A DNA stretch of 64,000 nucleotides from a bacterium. Lineage in GTDB: Bacteria > Zhuqueibacterota > Zhuqueibacteria > Residuimicrobiales > Krinioviventaceae. The translations under genes and the position numbers were made by a program. Shown one piece after another: positions 10,227-22,474 of the stretch. Positions within the stretch are counted from its first letter, which is position 1. Each line of letters begins with the position of its first letter. Under the pieces are notes generated by a model that was given only the letters and a program-made list of their open reading frames with translations, searched no databases and was not told where the DNA came from. The stretch is from contig CAXXMD010000001.1 in the NCBI GenBank assembly GCA_963675755.2, positions 160,001-224,000 on the forward strand, written 5' to 3'.

Positions 10227-13200
10227 TTGACATATATGATCGGACAAGAAACTCCGACTAAAAGTACAAAATTTAACGCTATTTATGTGGGATTATCGTC
10301 CCCAGACAAAATTCTGGAACGTTCCCATGGAGAAGTAACCAAACCGGAAACAATAAATTATCGTTCATTCAAACCTGAAAAAGATGGTTTGTTTTGTGAA
10401 AAGATTTTTGGACCGGTTCGTGATTATGAATGTCATTGCGGAAAATACAAACGTATTCGTTATAAAGGTATTGTTTGTGACCGTTGTGGTGTTGAAGTTA
10501 CAACAAAGAGTGTACGCCGTGAAAGAATGGGGCATATTCGCCTTGCTGTTCCGGTAGTTCATATTTGGTACTGGAAGTCTCTGCCATCCAAGATCGGTTA
10601 TGTTCTTGGTATGAGCATGAAAAACCTGGAACGTGTGATTTATTATGAATCATATGTTGTTATTAATCCGGGAACAAGTGGACTTGCAGAAAAAGATTTG
10701 ATCAATGAAGATGAATACCTGAAAATTCTCGAACAGGTCCAGGAAACTGAAGCCGAGTTACCCAATGAAGAGCGTTTCCGCGCTGAAATGGGTGGACAAG
10801 CAGTTCTTGAATTGTTAAAACAGGTAAATGTTGATAAATTATCCAAAGTATTACGTCATGCGGTTAACAATGAAACTTCATTGCAACGTAAGGCTGATGC
10901 TTTGAAACGACTCAAAGTTGTTGAAGCTTTTAGACGTGCAAATAAAGACCGTGAAAATCGTCCTGAATGGATGATTATGACAATAATTCCGGTTATTCCA
11001 CCAGAATTGCGTCCACTAGTACCTCTTGAAGGCGGTCGTTTTGCAACTTCTGATTTGAACGATTTGTATCGTCGTGTAATTATCCGTAATAATCGTTTGA
11101 AAAAATTACTTGAAATCAAAGCACCTGAAGTTATCCTCCGCAATGAAAAGAGAATGCTTCAGGAAGCAGTTGATTCCTTGTTCGACAATGGACGTAAGTC
11201 TGCTGCAGTTCGCAGTGATGGTAACCGTGCATTAAAGAGTCTGTCTGATATGCTTCGCGGAAAACAGGGAAGATTTCGTCAGAACCTTTTAGGTAAACGT
11301 ATTGATTATTCAGGTCGTTCAGTAATTGTTGTAGGTCCTGAGCTCAAGCTTCATCAATGTGGTTTGCCAAAAGAAATGGCCTTGGAACTTTTCAAGCCCT
11401 TTGTAATACGTAAACTTGTTGAGCGTGGATTGGTGAAAACCGTAAAAAGCGCTAAAAAACAGGTTGAGCGTAGAGGTGCTGAAGTTTGGGACATTCTTGA
11501 AGAGATCATTGATGATCATCCAATCATGTTGAACCGCGCCCCGACCCTGCATAGGTTAGGTATTCAAGCATTTCAACCTGTATTGATTGAAGGTAAAGCG
11601 ATTCAGTTGCATCCATTAGTATGTTCAGCATTTAATGCTGACTTTGATGGTGACCAGATGGCTGTTCATGTACCTTTATCATTTTTCGCTCAGATTGAAA
11701 CAAAGATATTGATGCTTTCAAGTCACAATATTCTTTCTCCTGCTAACGGTAGACCGCTGGCTATTCCAAGTCAGGATATTGTTTTAGGCATCTATTATTT
11801 AACCAAACGTCGTAAAGGCGCAATCGGTGAAGATAAAGAATTTTCTTCCACAGAAGAAGTGGTTATTGCCTATAACGACAAACGTGTTGATTTACATGCT
11901 AATATTAAGGTTAGAATAAATGGTAAAATGATCAATACGACTGTTGGTCGTGTGATTTTGAATGATATTTTACCAAAAGATCTCAGATTTGTTAATGAAC
12001 TTTTGACTAAAAAAGCTACTGAAGCTTTGATTGCTCGTGCTTATACGCAATTGGGCAACTATCATACAGCTGTACTGCTGGATGATATTAAAGAACTTGG
12101 TTTTACTTTTGCTATGAAATCTGGTTCTAGTATTGGTATCTTTGATGTAATTGTGCCTGATGAAAAAGATCAGCTGTTAGATAAAGCTTTTGGCAATGTT
12201 GAAGCTATTCAAAAACGATATGAACGTGGTATCATCACTGATGGTGAACGTTACAACCAGATTATCGATATCTGGACACATACTACGAGTGATGTTGCTG
12301 AACGAATGTTTGTACGCCTGAGAAACGACCGTGATGGATTTAATCCAATTTATATGATGGCCGACTCTGGTGCCCGTGGTTCAAAAGAACAGATTCGTCA
12401 GCTTGCTGGTATGCGTGGGTTAATGGCTAAACCACAGAAAAAGATGACCGGTCAGATGGGCGAAATTATTGAAAGTCCTATTACCGCGAACTTTAGAGAA
12501 GGATTGACAGTACTCGAATACTTTATCTCTACTCACGGTGCTCGTAAAGGTTTGGCTGATACCGCTCTTAAAACTGCTGATGCGGGTTATCTTACTCGTC
12601 GTCTTGTTGACGTTGCCCAGGATGTAATTATTACCATGGTTGACTGTGGTACTATTTTGGGATTACGTGTAGGAGACTTGAAGGAAGGTGAAGAAATTAT
12701 TGAAACAATGCAGGACCGTATAACGGGTCGTGTTGTTGCTGAAGATGTTTTTGATCCTGAATCTGGTGATGTTATTATTGAAGTAGGTAGTCTTATTACC
12801 GAAGCCGATGCTGAAAAAATTGTAGAATCTGGCATTGAAAATGTAATGATTCGTTCAGTGTTGACTTGTGAAGCGGACCGCGGTGTTTGTGGCAAGTGTT
12901 ATGGACGTAACCTTGCCAATGGCAAAATGGTTTCTATTGGTGAAACAGTGGGTGTTATGGCTGCTCAATCAATTGGTGAACCGGGTACACAGCTTACACT
13001 TCGTACTTTCCACATTGGTGGTACGGCATCACGTATTGCTGCACAATCTCAAGTAGCAACCAAAACATCTGGTACGGTTGAATGGGATGGATTAAAGACT
13101 GTTCAGCGTGAAGATGGTGATCTAATCACTCTTGGACGTAATGGCAGAATCAAGATCATGGATGATGATAACCGTGTTCTTGAAAGACTTACCGTTCCAT

Positions 13201-14471
13201 ATGGTGCTACACTGCTTGTTGAAAATGGTGACAAGGTAGATAAAGGTAGTGTGATCTTTAAATGGGATCCTTATGCTGCATCTATTTTGACCAACTATGC
13301 AGGTACTGTCAAGTTTAAAGATTTACTTGAAAATGTAACATTCCGCGAAGAGCTTGATGAAACTACCGGAATGAAGCAGCGTGTTATTATTGAAACCCGA
13401 AGCCGTAACCTGAGTCCTACTGTTCTGGTTGTTGATGGAGACGGTGCAGAATTATCATCATTTGTAATTCCTACAGGATCTTTCTTGCAGGTTGATAACG
13501 GTGATGTGGTGGATGCTGGTGACAGTCTGGTCAAAATACCACGTGAAATTTCTAAAACCCGAGATATTACCGGTGGTTTGCCAAGAGTTGCTGAACTGTT
13601 TGAAGCACGTAAACCCAAAGAACCCGCAGTTGTAAGTGAAATTGATGGTATTGTTCGCTTTGGCGATATGAAACGCGGTGTTCGTAAAGTGATTGTAACC
13701 TCTGAAGATGGGCATGAAGAAAAGATCTATCTCATTCCTTACGGTAAACACGTACTGGTTCATGATGGCGATTTTGTACATGCTGGTGAAAAGCTTTCCG
13801 AAGGTTCTATTGCTCCTCACGATATTCTCGCCATTATGGGTTCAAACAAGGTGCAAGAGTACCTTGTAAATGAAATCCAGGAAGTTTATCGTCTGCAGGG
13901 TGTGCGTATCAATGATAAGCATATTGAGGTTATTGTACGCCAGATGTTGCAAAAGGTTAAAGTTGAAGATGCTGGTGATACCATGTATCTCGAGGGAGAT
14001 CAGGTTGATCGTCTGGTATTCCTGAAAACGAATGAATATATTCGTAACCATGTAGTAATCACTGAACCTGGTGATTCAAAGTTCTCTGAAGGAGAATTGG
14101 TTAAAGTTGATGAATTTAAAGATACGGTTACAAAGTTCCAGGCAGCAGAAAAGGCTGTTCCGCAGGCGCGTCCAACTCAGCCTGCAACATTCCAACCTCT
14201 GTTGTTAGGTATTACAAAAGCATCTTTGACTACCGAAAGCTTTATTTCAGCAGCATCCTTCCAGGAAACAACCCGTGTATTAACGGATGCTTCAGTTGAA
14301 GGAAAGATCGATAGCTTGAATGGACTGAAAGAGAATGTAGTTATGGGACATCTGATACCTGCTGGTACAGGTATTGATGAATTCCACAACATTCGGGTAA
14401 TTGGTCCTGAATTAGAACTTCCGGATTCATTAGATGTTATGGAATTGGAAGAAAAAGTCTCTGAGGAATAA
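10227..14471 (+). CDS. rpoC: RNA polymerase beta' subunit
   Basis: NADFDGD catalytic motif; Zn-finger cysteines; GGAGGTG RBS before TTG. Confidence 0.99.
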   Translation: MTYMIGQETPTKSTKFNAIYVGLSSPDKILERSHGEVTKPETINYRSFKPEKDGLFCEKIFGPVRDYECHCGKYKRIRYKGIVCDRCGVEVTTKSVRRERMGHIRLAVPVVHIWYWKSLPSKIGYVLGMSMKNLERVIYYESYVVINPGTSGLAEKDLINEDEYLKILEQVQETEAELPNEERFRAEMGGQAVLELLKQVNVDKLSKVLRHAVNNETSLQRKADALKRLKVVEAFRRANKDRENRPEWMIMTIIPVIPPELRPLVPLEGGRFATSDLNDLYRRVIIRNNRLKKLLEIKAPEVILRNEKRMLQEAVDSLFDNGRKSAAVRSDGNRALKSLSDMLRGKQGRFRQNLLGKRIDYSGRSVIVVGPELKLHQCGLPKEMALELFKPFVIRKLVERGLVKTVKSAKKQVERRGAEVWDILEEIIDDHPIMLNRAPTLHRLGIQAFQPVLIEGKAIQLHPLVCSAFNADFDGDQMAVHVPLSFFAQIETKILMLSSHNILSPANGRPLAIPSQDIVLGIYYLTKRRKGAIGEDKEFSSTEEVVIAYNDKRVDLHANIKVRINGKMINTTVGRVILNDILPKDLRFVNELLTKKATEALIARAYTQLGNYHTAVLLDDIKELGFTFAMKSGSSIGIFDVIVPDEKDQLLDKAFGNVEAIQKRYERGIITDGERYNQIIDIWTHTTSDVAERMFVRLRNDRDGFNPIYMMADSGARGSKEQIRQLAGMRGLMAKPQKKMTGQMGEIIESPITANFREGLTVLEYFISTHGARKGLADTALKTADAGYLTRRLVDVAQDVIITMVDCGTILGLRVGDLKEGEEIIETMQDRITGRVVAEDVFDPESGDVIIEVGSLITEADAEKIVESGIENVMIRSVLTCEADRGVCGKCYGRNLANGKMVSIGETVGVMAAQSIGEPGTQLTLRTFHIGGTASRIAAQSQVATKTSGTVEWDGLKTVQREDGDLITLGRNGRIKIMDDDNRVLERLTVPYGATLLVENGDKVDKGSVIFKWDPYAASILTNYAGTVKFKDLLENVTFREELDETTGMKQRVIIETRSRNLSPTVLVVDGDGAELSSFVIPTGSFLQVDNGDVVDAGDSLVKIPREISKTRDITGGLPRVAELFEARKPKEPAVVSEIDGIVRFGDMKRGVRKVIVTSEDGHEEKIYLIPYGKHVLVHDGDFVHAGEKLSEGSIAPHDILAIMGSNKVQEYLVNEIQEVYRLQGVRINDKHIEVIVRQMLQKVKVEDAGDTMYLEGDQVDRLVFLKTNEYIRNHVVITEPGDSKFSEGELVKVDEFKDTVTKFQAAEKAVPQARPTQPATFQPLLLGITKASLTTESFISAASFQETTRVLTDASVEGKIDSLNGLKENVVMGHLIPAGTGIDEFHNIRVIGPELELPDSLDVMELEEKVSEE

Positions 14472-14479
14472 AAAAAGAC

Positions 14480-14508
14480 TTGATTTTTGAAAATTAAATT
14501 ATTATATT
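14480..14508 (+). promoter_or_regulatory. Putative sigma70 promoter of str operon
   Basis: TTGATT-N17-TATATT. Confidence 0.7.
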
Positions 14509-14539
14509 TTTTAGCTATGACGTTTTATAGGAGGTTTTT

Positions 14540-14911
14540 TTGCCAACTCTAAATCAACTGGTAAGAAACGGTAGAAAAAAGATCGTTAAAAAAGGTACTT
14601 CTCCTGCGTTGACTGGTTCTCCGCAACGACGTGGAGTTTGTACTCGTGTTTATACTACAACACCCAAGAAACCAAACTCTGCACTTCGTAAGGTTGCGCG
14701 TGTTCGCTTGACCAATGGTTTTGAGGTAACCGCTTATATTCCTGGTGAAGGTCACAATTTGCAAGAACACTCTATTGTGATGATCCGCGGTGGACGTGTT
14801 AAGGATTTGCCAGGTGTAAGGTATCATATAATTCGTGGTGTGCTGGATACCAGTGGTGTACAGGATCGCAAGCAAAGTCGATCCAAATACGGTACAAAGG
14901 TTAAAAAGTAA
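14540..14911 (+). CDS. rpsL: 30S ribosomal protein S12
   Basis: [19 protein letters not shown]; TTG start after AGGAGG. Confidence 0.99.
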   Translation: MPTLNQLVRNGRKKIVKKGTSPALTGSPQRRGVCTRVYTTTPKKPNSALRKVARVRLTNGFEVTAYIPGEGHNLQEHSIVMIRGGRVKDLPGVRYHIIRGVLDTSGVQDRKQSRSKYGTKVKK

Positions 14912-14930
14912 TTAAAATAGAGTTTGCTGA

Positions 14931-15401
14931 ATGTCTAGAAGAAAAAAAGCTGCAAAAAGAAAAGTATTGCCAGATCCAAAATTCAATAATATTCTTGTAA
15001 CAAAGTTTATTAATGGATTGTTAAAAGGCGGTAAACGCAGTGTAGCAGAAAAGATTTTTTACAATGCGGTTGACATTGTTGCTGAAAAGAGCAATGCAGA
15101 TGGTCTCGCTGTTTTTGAAAAAGCAGTAGAGAATGTAAAACCTATACTTGAAGTTCGTTCCCGCCGCGTTGGTGGTGCGACCTATCAGGTTCCTGTAGAA
15201 ATTCGCGCTGACAGACGTCAAGCGCTTGCCATCCGTTGGCTAATTAATTATTCAAGCAGCCGTTCAGAAAAAACAATGGCTGAAAAGTTAGCTAATGAAT
15301 TGTTTTTAGCTTATAAAGGTGAAGGCGCATCTATTAAAAAGCGTGAAGATACGCACAAGATGGCCGAAGCTAATAGAGCTTTTGCTCATTTTAAATGGTA
15401 G
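14931..15401 (+). CDS. rpsG: 30S ribosomal protein S7
   Basis: [22 protein letters not shown]. Confidence 0.99.
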   Translation: MSRRKKAAKRKVLPDPKFNNILVTKFINGLLKGGKRSVAEKIFYNAVDIVAEKSNADGLAVFEKAVENVKPILEVRSRRVGGATYQVPVEIRADRRQALAIRWLINYSSSRSEKTMAEKLANELFLAYKGEGASIKKREDTHKMAEANRAFAHFKW

Positions 15402-15418
15402 TTTGATCGAGTATAGAT

Positions 15419-15612
15419 TTGCCGGTCTTGCAGTCCAACTCCAATCCAAGTGCTTTACGATTATGGAATTATTCAGGACTGGAAAGTAGTTGCAGAGACT
15501 TGGCGTAAGGTTGTTTTCCCTGTGTAGAATGTTACCACATTCTTTAAATTCAGGTGACAATTTGCTACGTCATGTTTTTGTTAGCTATTGGCATCTGAGG
15601 TTAGTTTAACCT
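15419..15612 (+). ncRNA. Candidate structured RNA in rpsG-fusA spacer
   Basis: Nested helices CAGTCC/GGACTG, GGTCT/AGACT, AGAATGT/ACATTCT, CCTG/CAGG, AGGTTA/TAACCT in a 235-nt spacer. Confidence 0.4.
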
Positions 15613-15636
15613 ATATTTAAAGATTGTGGTTTTTTT

Positions 15637-17721
15637 ATGTCTAAAGGTAAAACGTTAGAAAATTTCCGTAATATTGGCATTATGGCCCATATTGATGCGG
15701 GAAAAACCACAACCACTGAACGGATTTTATACTATACTGGCAAAGTTCATAGAATTGGTGAAGTTGATGATGGTGCTGCAACGATGGATTGGATGCAGCA
15801 GGAAAAAGAAAGAGGTATTACAATTACCTCTGCGGCTATCTCTTGTAGCTGGAAAAAACATCAAATTAACATTATTGACACGCCAGGACATGTCGATTTT
15901 ACTGCTGAAGTTGAACGTTCTTTGAGAATACTTGACGGTGCCGTCGCAATTTTTTGTGCTGTCGGTGGCGTTGAACCCCAATCAGAAACTGTTTGGTTGC
16001 AAGCTAACAAGTACAAGATTCCTCGAATTGCTTATGTTAACAAGATGGATCGTGTTGGTGCTGATTTTTTCAATGTTATTGAAATGATGAAAAGCAGATT
16101 ATCAGCCGAACCTATTGTGATACAATTACCAATTGGTGCTGAAAGTGAATTTAAAGGTATTATTGATCTTGTACGAATGAAAGCAGTGGCATATGATGAG
16201 GCTTCGTTTGGTTCCAGTTGGGATGAAGTTGAAATTCCTGCCGACATGATGGAAACCGCTGAAGAATTTCGAACTTTGATGATTGAATCGCTTGCTGATT
16301 ATGATGATAGTATCATGGAAAAATATTTGTCTGGCGATGAAATTCAGGAAAGTGAAATTTTAACTGCTCTTCGAAAAATAACATTGGGTTATAAAGGTGT
16401 TCCTGTATTATGTGGTTCATCAGTTAAAAATAAAGGTGTACAGCATTTATTGGATGCAATTGTAAACTTTTTACCCAGCCCATTGGATGTTCCTAGTATA
16501 ATTGGTGTTAACCCCTATACTAACAAAGAAGAAGAGAGGCATTCAGACGAAGAGGAACCTTTTGCTGCACTCGCATTCAAGATTGCAACTGATCCATATG
16601 TAGGACGGTTGACTTTTATTCGTGTTTATTCTGGAAGTATTGAGGCAGGTAAAGTTGCTTTAAATACTGAATCTGAAAAAAAAGAAAGAATCGGACGAAT
16701 ACTTGTCATGTCTTCCAATAAGCGGCAAGATGTTCAAAAAGTTTCGGCTGGTGAAATTGTAGCCATAGTAGGACTAAGAGAAACAAAAACAGGTGATACG
16801 CTTTGTGATATAAAAAATCCTATTTCTCTAGAGAGAATGAGTTTCCCAGTTCCTGTTATTTCGGTTGCAATTGAACCCAAGTCAAAAGCTGATGAAGAAA
16901 AATTGATTAATTCTTTGAATATGCTTGCTGAAGAAGACCCTACTTTTGAATTTAAGACTGATCCTGAAACTGGTCAAATGGTTATTTCGGGAATGGGTGA
17001 GCTTCATCTTGAAATTTTAACAGACAGATTGTTTCGTGAATTTAAAGTTCAGGCGAATGTTGGTAAAACGCAGGTTGCTTATCGTGAGACAATAACCAAG
17101 ACTGTTGTGAGCGAGATCAAGTTTGCACGACAGACCGGTGGTAAGGGACAATTTGCTCATATTGTAGTTGAATTTGAGCCAACCGAACCGGGTGTTCATT
17201 TTCAGTTTGAAAATAAAATTACCGGTGGTGATATACCCAAAGAATTTATAAAACCGGTTTCTGATGGAATTAAAGAATCAATGGTGAGTGGTGTTATTGC
17301 AGGTTATCCTGTGATTGATATAAAAGCTTCATTGATTGATGGTTCTTTTCACGATGTTGACTCTTCCGAATTGTCATTCAAGATCGCAGGATCAATGGCA
17401 TTGCAGGATGCGGTTCGAAATGGAAAATCCATTTTAATGGAACCAATGATGAGTCTCGAGGTTGTAACACCTGAAGAATATTTTGGAACTATTTTAGGTG
17501 ACCTTGGTGTGAGAAGAGCAAAGATTGAGGGACATGAAAAAAGACACGGAGCCCAGGTAATTGATGCAATTGTACCTTTGGCGGAAATGTTTGGGTATGC
17601 AACTGCCCTTAGGAACATGTCTCAAGGACGTGCATATTTTACAATGCAATTTTCAAATTATATTAAAGTTAGTGAAGAGGTTGCCAAAAAGCTTCTCGAG
17701 AAAATGGGGCTTGCGGCTTGA
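15637..17721 (+). CDS. fusA: Elongation factor G family GTPase
   Basis: [33 protein letters not shown]. Confidence 0.96.
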   Translation: MSKGKTLENFRNIGIMAHIDAGKTTTTERILYYTGKVHRIGEVDDGAATMDWMQQEKERGITITSAAISCSWKKHQINIIDTPGHVDFTAEVERSLRILDGAVAIFCAVGGVEPQSETVWLQANKYKIPRIAYVNKMDRVGADFFNVIEMMKSRLSAEPIVIQLPIGAESEFKGIIDLVRMKAVAYDEASFGSSWDEVEIPADMMETAEEFRTLMIESLADYDDSIMEKYLSGDEIQESEILTALRKITLGYKGVPVLCGSSVKNKGVQHLLDAIVNFLPSPLDVPSIIGVNPYTNKEEERHSDEEEPFAALAFKIATDPYVGRLTFIRVYSGSIEAGKVALNTESEKKERIGRILVMSSNKRQDVQKVSAGEIVAIVGLRETKTGDTLCDIKNPISLERMSFPVPVISVAIEPKSKADEEKLINSLNMLAEEDPTFEFKTDPETGQMVISGMGELHLEILTDRLFREFKVQANVGKTQVAYRETITKTVVSEIKFARQTGGKGQFAHIVVEFEPTEPGVHFQFENKITGGDIPKEFIKPVSDGIKESMVSGVIAGYPVIDIKASLIDGSFHDVDSSELSFKIAGSMALQDAVRNGKSILMEPMMSLEVVTPEEYFGTILGDLGVRRAKIEGHEKRHGAQVIDAIVPLAEMFGYATALRNMSQGRAYFTMQFSNYIKVSEEVAKKLLEKMGLAA

Positions 17722-17747
17722 TTATAGATAAAAATTTATTATAAAAT
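17718..17747 (+). promoter_or_regulatory. Putative internal promoter for tuf-S10 overlapping the fusA stop codon
   Basis: cTTGATT followed by TATAAA (N16) or TAAAAT (N18); same -35 variant as other promoters here. Confidence 0.45.
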
Positions 17748-17769
17748 ACAAATTTAAGGAGAATTTGTC

Positions 17770-18960
17770 ATGGCAAAGGAAAAGTTTGAGCGAACAAAGC
17801 CTCATGTGAATATTGGTACAATTGGTCACGTAGATCATGGAAAGACCACTTTGACGGCAGCGATTACTCAGACATTGAGCCGTCAGGGACTGGCCCAGGC
17901 TAGATCCTATGATGAAATTGACAATGCGCCGGAAGAAAAGGCACGTGGTTTAACGATTAATGTGCATCATGCTGAATATGAGAGTAAAAATCGTCATTAT
18001 GCCCACGTAGACTGTCCGGGTCACGCTGACTATGTAAAGAATATGGTAACCGGTGCAGCGCAGATGGATGGAGCAATACTGGTAGTGAGCGCGGCAGACG
18101 GCCCCATGCCTCAGACTCGTGAGCACGTATTGCTTGCCCGTCAGGTAAACGTACCTTATTTGGTAGTATTTTTGAACAAGGCAGATCAGGTAGATGATCC
18201 TGAGTTGCTTGAGCTTGTAGAGCTTGAAGTACGTGAATTGTTGAGCCAGTACGAATTCCCAGGCGATGACATTCCAGTAATAACTGGTAGTGCATTGCAG
18301 GCTCTTGAGAATCCGGAAGATGATGCAAAGATTCAACCGATTCTTGACTTGATGGATGCAGTTGATACTTATATTCCAGAACCGGAACGTGATATTGATA
18401 AGCCCTTCCTGATGCCGGTAGAAGATGTATTCTCAATTACTGGTCGTGGAACTGTAGCAACCGGTCGTATTGAACGCGGTATTGTTAAAGTACAGGAAGA
18501 AGTAGAGATCATTGGTCTTGGTTTGAAGAAAAAGACAGTATGTACTGGCGTTGAAATGTTCCGTAAGCTTTTGGATCAGGGTGAAGCTGGTGATAATGCA
18601 GGTCTGTTGCTTCGTGGTGTTGATAAAGAAGAGATCGTTCGCGGTATGGTAATCGCGAAACCAGGCTCAATTACACCTCACAGAAAATTTCAGGGCGAGG
18701 TTTACGTACTGAGTAAAGAAGAGGGTGGACGTCACACACCATTCTTTAATGGATACCGTCCCCAGTTCTATTTCCGTACCACTGATGTAACTGGTGCAGT
18801 AGAACTTCCTGAAGGAACTGAAATGGTAATGCCTGGCGATAATGTAACTATTACAGGTGAATTGATCACCGATATCGCTATGGAAGAAGGATTGCGTTTT
18901 GCTATCCGTGAAGGTGGCCGCACAGTAGGTGCCGGTGTTGTAACTAAAATTATTGAATAA
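17770..18960 (+). CDS. tuf: Elongation factor Tu (copy 2)
   Basis: Protein identical to 1745..2935. Confidence 0.99.
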   Translation: MAKEKFERTKPHVNIGTIGHVDHGKTTLTAAITQTLSRQGLAQARSYDEIDNAPEEKARGLTINVHHAEYESKNRHYAHVDCPGHADYVKNMVTGAAQMDGAILVVSAADGPMPQTREHVLLARQVNVPYLVVFLNKADQVDDPELLELVELEVRELLSQYEFPGDDIPVITGSALQALENPEDDAKIQPILDLMDAVDTYIPEPERDIDKPFLMPVEDVFSITGRGTVATGRIERGIVKVQEEVEIIGLGLKKKTVCTGVEMFRKLLDQGEAGDNAGLLLRGVDKEEIVRGMVIAKPGSITPHRKFQGEVYVLSKEEGGRHTPFFNGYRPQFYFRTTDVTGAVELPEGTEMVMPGDNVTITGELITDIAMEEGLRFAIREGGRTVGAGVVTKIIE

Positions 18961-19001
18961 TGAATAGTTATTTTGAAACTATGAGATTTGGAGATAAATA
19001 A

Positions 19002-19310
19002 ATGGCGGGTCAAAAAATTCGCATAAAATTAAAAGCATACGATCATCGTTTGATTGACAAGTCTACAGAGAAAATCATCAAAACTGCAAAACAGACAGGT
19101 GCTATGATTTCTGGTCCTATTCCACTGCCTACTTGTCGGTCAGTATATACTGTTTTGCGTTCACCTCATGTTGATAAAAAATCACGTGAGCAGTTTGAAA
19201 CCCGTATCCACAAACGTCTTGTAGATATTTTAAATTCATCTCCCAAGACAGTGGATGCACTGATGAAGCTGGAGTTACCTGCCGGCGTAGATGTAGAAAT
19301 TAAAGTGTGA
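19002..19310 (+). CDS. rpsJ: 30S ribosomal protein S10
   Basis: [23 protein letters not shown]. Confidence 0.99.
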   Translation: MAGQKIRIKLKAYDHRLIDKSTEKIIKTAKQTGAMISGPIPLPTCRSVYTVLRSPHVDKKSREQFETRIHKRLVDILNSSPKTVDALMKLELPAGVDVEIKV

Positions 19311-19372
19311 TCAAATTAATCAACGTAAATTTGACCTGTAATTGAAAGCTTAACTATTATTTCGGAATATCC

Positions 19373-19993
19373 ATGCAAGCGATAATTGGTAAAAAAATCG
19401 GAATGACCCGGTACTTTGATGAAAAAGGCAACTCAAATGCTGCTACAGTAATTGAAGCGGGTCCCTGTTATGTAACACAGGTAAAGACCAAAGAAACTGA
19501 CGGATACAACTCTGTACAGTTGGGCTTTGGTGAAAAAAAAGAGAAAAATGTTACCAAACCGGTAAAAGGTCACTTTGCAAAAGCCGGTGTTAAACCTGCA
19601 AAGATCTTGAAAGAGATTAGAGACTTTTATAGTGAAGAACCTTTAAAACCGGGCGACGCTATTACAGTAGATACTTTCCAAGAAGGTGATGTAGTAACTG
19701 TTACTGGTTTAAGTAAAGGTAAAGGTTTTGCCGGTGTTATGAAACGCCACAACTTTGGTGGTGGTGAGCAAACACACGGACAAAGTGATCGTTGGCGTGC
19801 TCCTGGTTCAATTGGCCAATCATCTTATCCGTCAAAGGTATTCAAAGGTATACGAATGGCCGGCCGTATGGGTGGTAAGCAAGTTTCTACATTGGGTCTT
19901 ACTATTTTAAAAGTAGATCTTGATAATAATTTGCTTATCGTTAAAGGAGCCGTTCCTGGTGCAAATAAGGGAATTGTATTAATTAGAAAGTAA
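19373..19993 (+). CDS. rplC: 50S ribosomal protein L3
   Basis: GKKIGMT, SKGKGFAG, RAPGSIG. Confidence 0.98.
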   Translation: MQAIIGKKIGMTRYFDEKGNSNAATVIEAGPCYVTQVKTKETDGYNSVQLGFGEKKEKNVTKPVKGHFAKAGVKPAKILKEIRDFYSEEPLKPGDAITVDTFQEGDVVTVTGLSKGKGFAGVMKRHNFGGGEQTHGQSDRWRAPGSIGQSSYPSKVFKGIRMAGRMGGKQVSTLGLTILKVDLDNNLLIVKGAVPGANKGIVLIRK

Positions 19994-19998
19994 AGATA

Positions 19999-20628
19999 AT
20001 GGAACTTGAAGTTTACACAAAAGACGGCAGTGCTACCGGCAGAAAAATTGAGGTTTCAGATATAATCTTTAATGCTGAAATTAACGATCATGCGATTTAC
20101 CTTGATGTTAAGTCTTATATGACGAACAATCGACAAGGTACGCATGCTACCAAAACTCGCGGACTTGTTTCCGGTGGTGGTCGTAAACCTTGGAAGCAAA
20201 AAGGTAGAGGTACAGCACGTGCCGGTACGTCCCGCTCTCCAATTTGGCGTGGTGGCGGTACGGTACATGGTCCTCAGCCACATCCTTATGTATTTCGTTT
20301 ACCGCGTAAGGTGAAAAAACTTGCCAGAATATCAGTACTCTCAGGCAAGAACAGAGATGATCAATTCCGCGTAATTGAAGATTTTAATCTCGATGTAGTA
20401 AAAACCAAAGAAATGTTTAAAGTTCTTACCGGTTTTGGTTTAGAGAGTACAAAAACTCTTGTTCTGTTACCGGAATATAATTCTGACATTTTGTTGGCAA
20501 GTCGTAATATCCAAAATCTTCGTGTTTTAACTGCCAAAGATGCATCGACTTATGATTTATTGGATTGCAAAGCGTTACTTGTAATGGAAAGTGCAATCGA
20601 AAAACTGGAAGGTACGTTGTTATCATGA
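19999..20628 (+). CDS. rplD: 50S ribosomal protein L4
   Basis: RQGTHATKTR, KPWKQKGRGTARAG. Confidence 0.98.
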   Translation: MELEVYTKDGSATGRKIEVSDIIFNAEINDHAIYLDVKSYMTNNRQGTHATKTRGLVSGGGRKPWKQKGRGTARAGTSRSPIWRGGGTVHGPQPHPYVFRLPRKVKKLARISVLSGKNRDDQFRVIEDFNLDVVKTKEMFKVLTGFGLESTKTLVLLPEYNSDILLASRNIQNLRVLTAKDASTYDLLDCKALLVMESAIEKLEGTLLS

Positions 20629-20933
20629 GAAAAGATCAAGAAATTTTGATAAAGCCCATTTTAACAGAAAAAATGTTAAGGTTGCAAGAAGACCAGGGCA
20701 AATATGCGTTTGTTGTTAACAGTAGCGCAAATAAAATTGAAATTAAACAGGCAGTTCAGAAAAAGTTTGATGTAACAGTAGATTCAGTGTGTACAGTTTT
20801 TGTTAAAGGCAAATCAAAAAAAATGAATACACGTAGAGGAATTACCAGAGGTAATCGCCCGAACTGGAAAAAAGCTATTGTTACTTTGCGGAGTGGTGAC
20901 TCTATTGATTTCTTTGAAGGTACAACAAGCTGA
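20625..20933 (+). CDS. rplW: 50S ribosomal protein L23 (start corrected to ATG 20625)
   Basis: PILTEK, ANKIEIK, WKKAIVTL; ATGA overlap with rplD. Confidence 0.96.
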   Translation: MRKDQEILIKPILTEKMLRLQEDQGKYAFVVNSSANKIEIKQAVQKKFDVTVDSVCTVFVKGKSKKMNTRRGITRGNRPNWKKAIVTLRSGDSIDFFEGTTS

Positions 20934-20958
20934 TTTGCTGAATTGGGAGAGTATTTAA

Positions 20959-21780
20959 ATGGCTTTAAAAACATATAAACCTGTTACACCCGGACAGCGA
21001 TTCAAAACGGTAAATTCATTTGATGAAATTACCAGCACTGAAACTGTACGGTCGTTATTGGCCCCGGTTAGAAAAACCGGTGGTCGTAATAATAACGGAC
21101 GTGTAACATCTAGACGTCGTGGAGGCGGCCATAAACGTCAATATCGAATTATCGATTTTAAAAGAGATAAATTAGATATTCCCGCAAAAGTTGCTGCAAT
21201 CCAATACGACCCAAATCGCAGTGCTTTTATAGCATTGTTAAACTATGCAGATGGTGAGAAAAGATATATTCTTGCACCTGTTGGTTTAAAAGTTGACGAT
21301 CAGATTATGTCTGGTGAAAATTCAGAAATTCGTGTTGGTAACGCTATGCCACTTGCCAAGATCCCGATGGGTACTACAATTCATAATATTGAATTGAAAA
21401 AAGGTAAAGGTGGTCAAATTGCACGCGGTGCTGGCGCTTATGCTCAACTAGTAGCAAAAGAGGGTAATTATGCATTATTGAAAATGCCCTCAAGTGAAGT
21501 AAGAATGGTTAGGCTGGAATGTATGGCAACCATCGGTCAGGTTGGCAATACTGACCATATGAACATCAGTATTGGTAAAGCTGGTCGTTCACGTTGGATG
21601 GGAAAACGTCCCAAGGTTCGTGGTGTAGCTATGAACCCGGTAGATCACCCAATGGGTGGTGGTGAAGGGCGTTCTTCTGGAGGTCGTCACCCGTGTACCC
21701 CATGGGGTAAACCGACCAAAGGTTACAAAACCCGTAAAGCTAAACAATCTGATAAATTTATAGTTAAACGACGTAAATAA
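20959..21780 (+). CDS. rplB: 50S ribosomal protein L2
   Basis: [26 protein letters not shown]. Confidence 0.99.
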   Translation: MALKTYKPVTPGQRFKTVNSFDEITSTETVRSLLAPVRKTGGRNNNGRVTSRRRGGGHKRQYRIIDFKRDKLDIPAKVAAIQYDPNRSAFIALLNYADGEKRYILAPVGLKVDDQIMSGENSEIRVGNAMPLAKIPMGTTIHNIELKKGKGGQIARGAGAYAQLVAKEGNYALLKMPSSEVRMVRLECMATIGQVGNTDHMNISIGKAGRSRWMGKRPKVRGVAMNPVDHPMGGGEGRSSGGRHPCTPWGKPTKGYKTRKAKQSDKFIVKRRK

Positions 21781-21792
21781 CAGGAAATCCAG

Positions 21793-22074
21793 ATGGCACG
21801 TTCTCTTAAAAAAGGCCCTTACATAGACGAAAAACTCTTGATCAAAATTGAATCAATGAATTCGTCTAATCAGAAAAAAGTAATTAAAACATGGGCAAGA
21901 CGTTCAACAATTCCGCCGGAATTTATAGGACATACTCTTGCGGTTCATAACGGGAATAAATTTATTCCTGTATATATTTCCGAAAATATGGTAGGTCATA
22001 AATTGGGCGAATTTGCTCCGACCCGTACATATAGAGGACATGTAAATAAAAAAGCAGAAAAATCAAAGCATTAG
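21793..22074 (+). CDS. rpsS: 30S ribosomal protein S19
   Basis: [18 protein letters not shown]. Confidence 0.99.
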   Translation: MARSLKKGPYIDEKLLIKIESMNSSNQKKVIKTWARRSTIPPEFIGHTLAVHNGNKFIPVYISENMVGHKLGEFAPTRTYRGHVNKKAEKSKH

Positions 22075-22106
22075 TCGTTAATACGTAAAGCTTTTGGAGA
22101 TATTCA

Positions 22107-22448
22107 ATGGAAGCAAAGGCGATTGCGAAATGGGTTCGCATGTCACCATTCAAGGTTCGGCGCGTAGCCAAATTGATACGCGGAAAGGTTGTTAATGAAG
22201 CAATCAATATTCTGCATTTCAATGATACCGCCGCTTCAGAACCGCTTGAAAAAGCAGTTCGATCAGCAGTGGCAAATCTGGTAAACAACCAGGATGCCAA
22301 AATTTCGCCTGAAGATCTTTATATTAAAGAACTCAAGGTAGATGGTGGTTTTCAGTTAAAACGTTTCCGCGCCGCATCAATGGGTCGCGCGTCACGTATC
22401 CGTAAGCGCACCAGTCATATTACAGTTGTTGTAGCCGAACAAGAATAA
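22107..22448 (+). CDS. rplV: 50S ribosomal protein L22
   Basis: [18 protein letters not shown]. Confidence 0.98.
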   Translation: MEAKAIAKWVRMSPFKVRRVAKLIRGKVVNEAINILHFNDTAASEPLEKAVRSAVANLVNNQDAKISPEDLYIKELKVDGGFQLKRFRAASMGRASRIRKRTSHITVVVAEQE

Positions 22449-22474
22449 GTAAATTAAGAGATAAGGAGATACAT

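Noticed and set aside
17770-18960. Second tuf as an assembly duplication
   Set aside because: Synonymous differences, a different stop codon and two canonical contexts (tRNA cluster; str operon) indicate real paralogues
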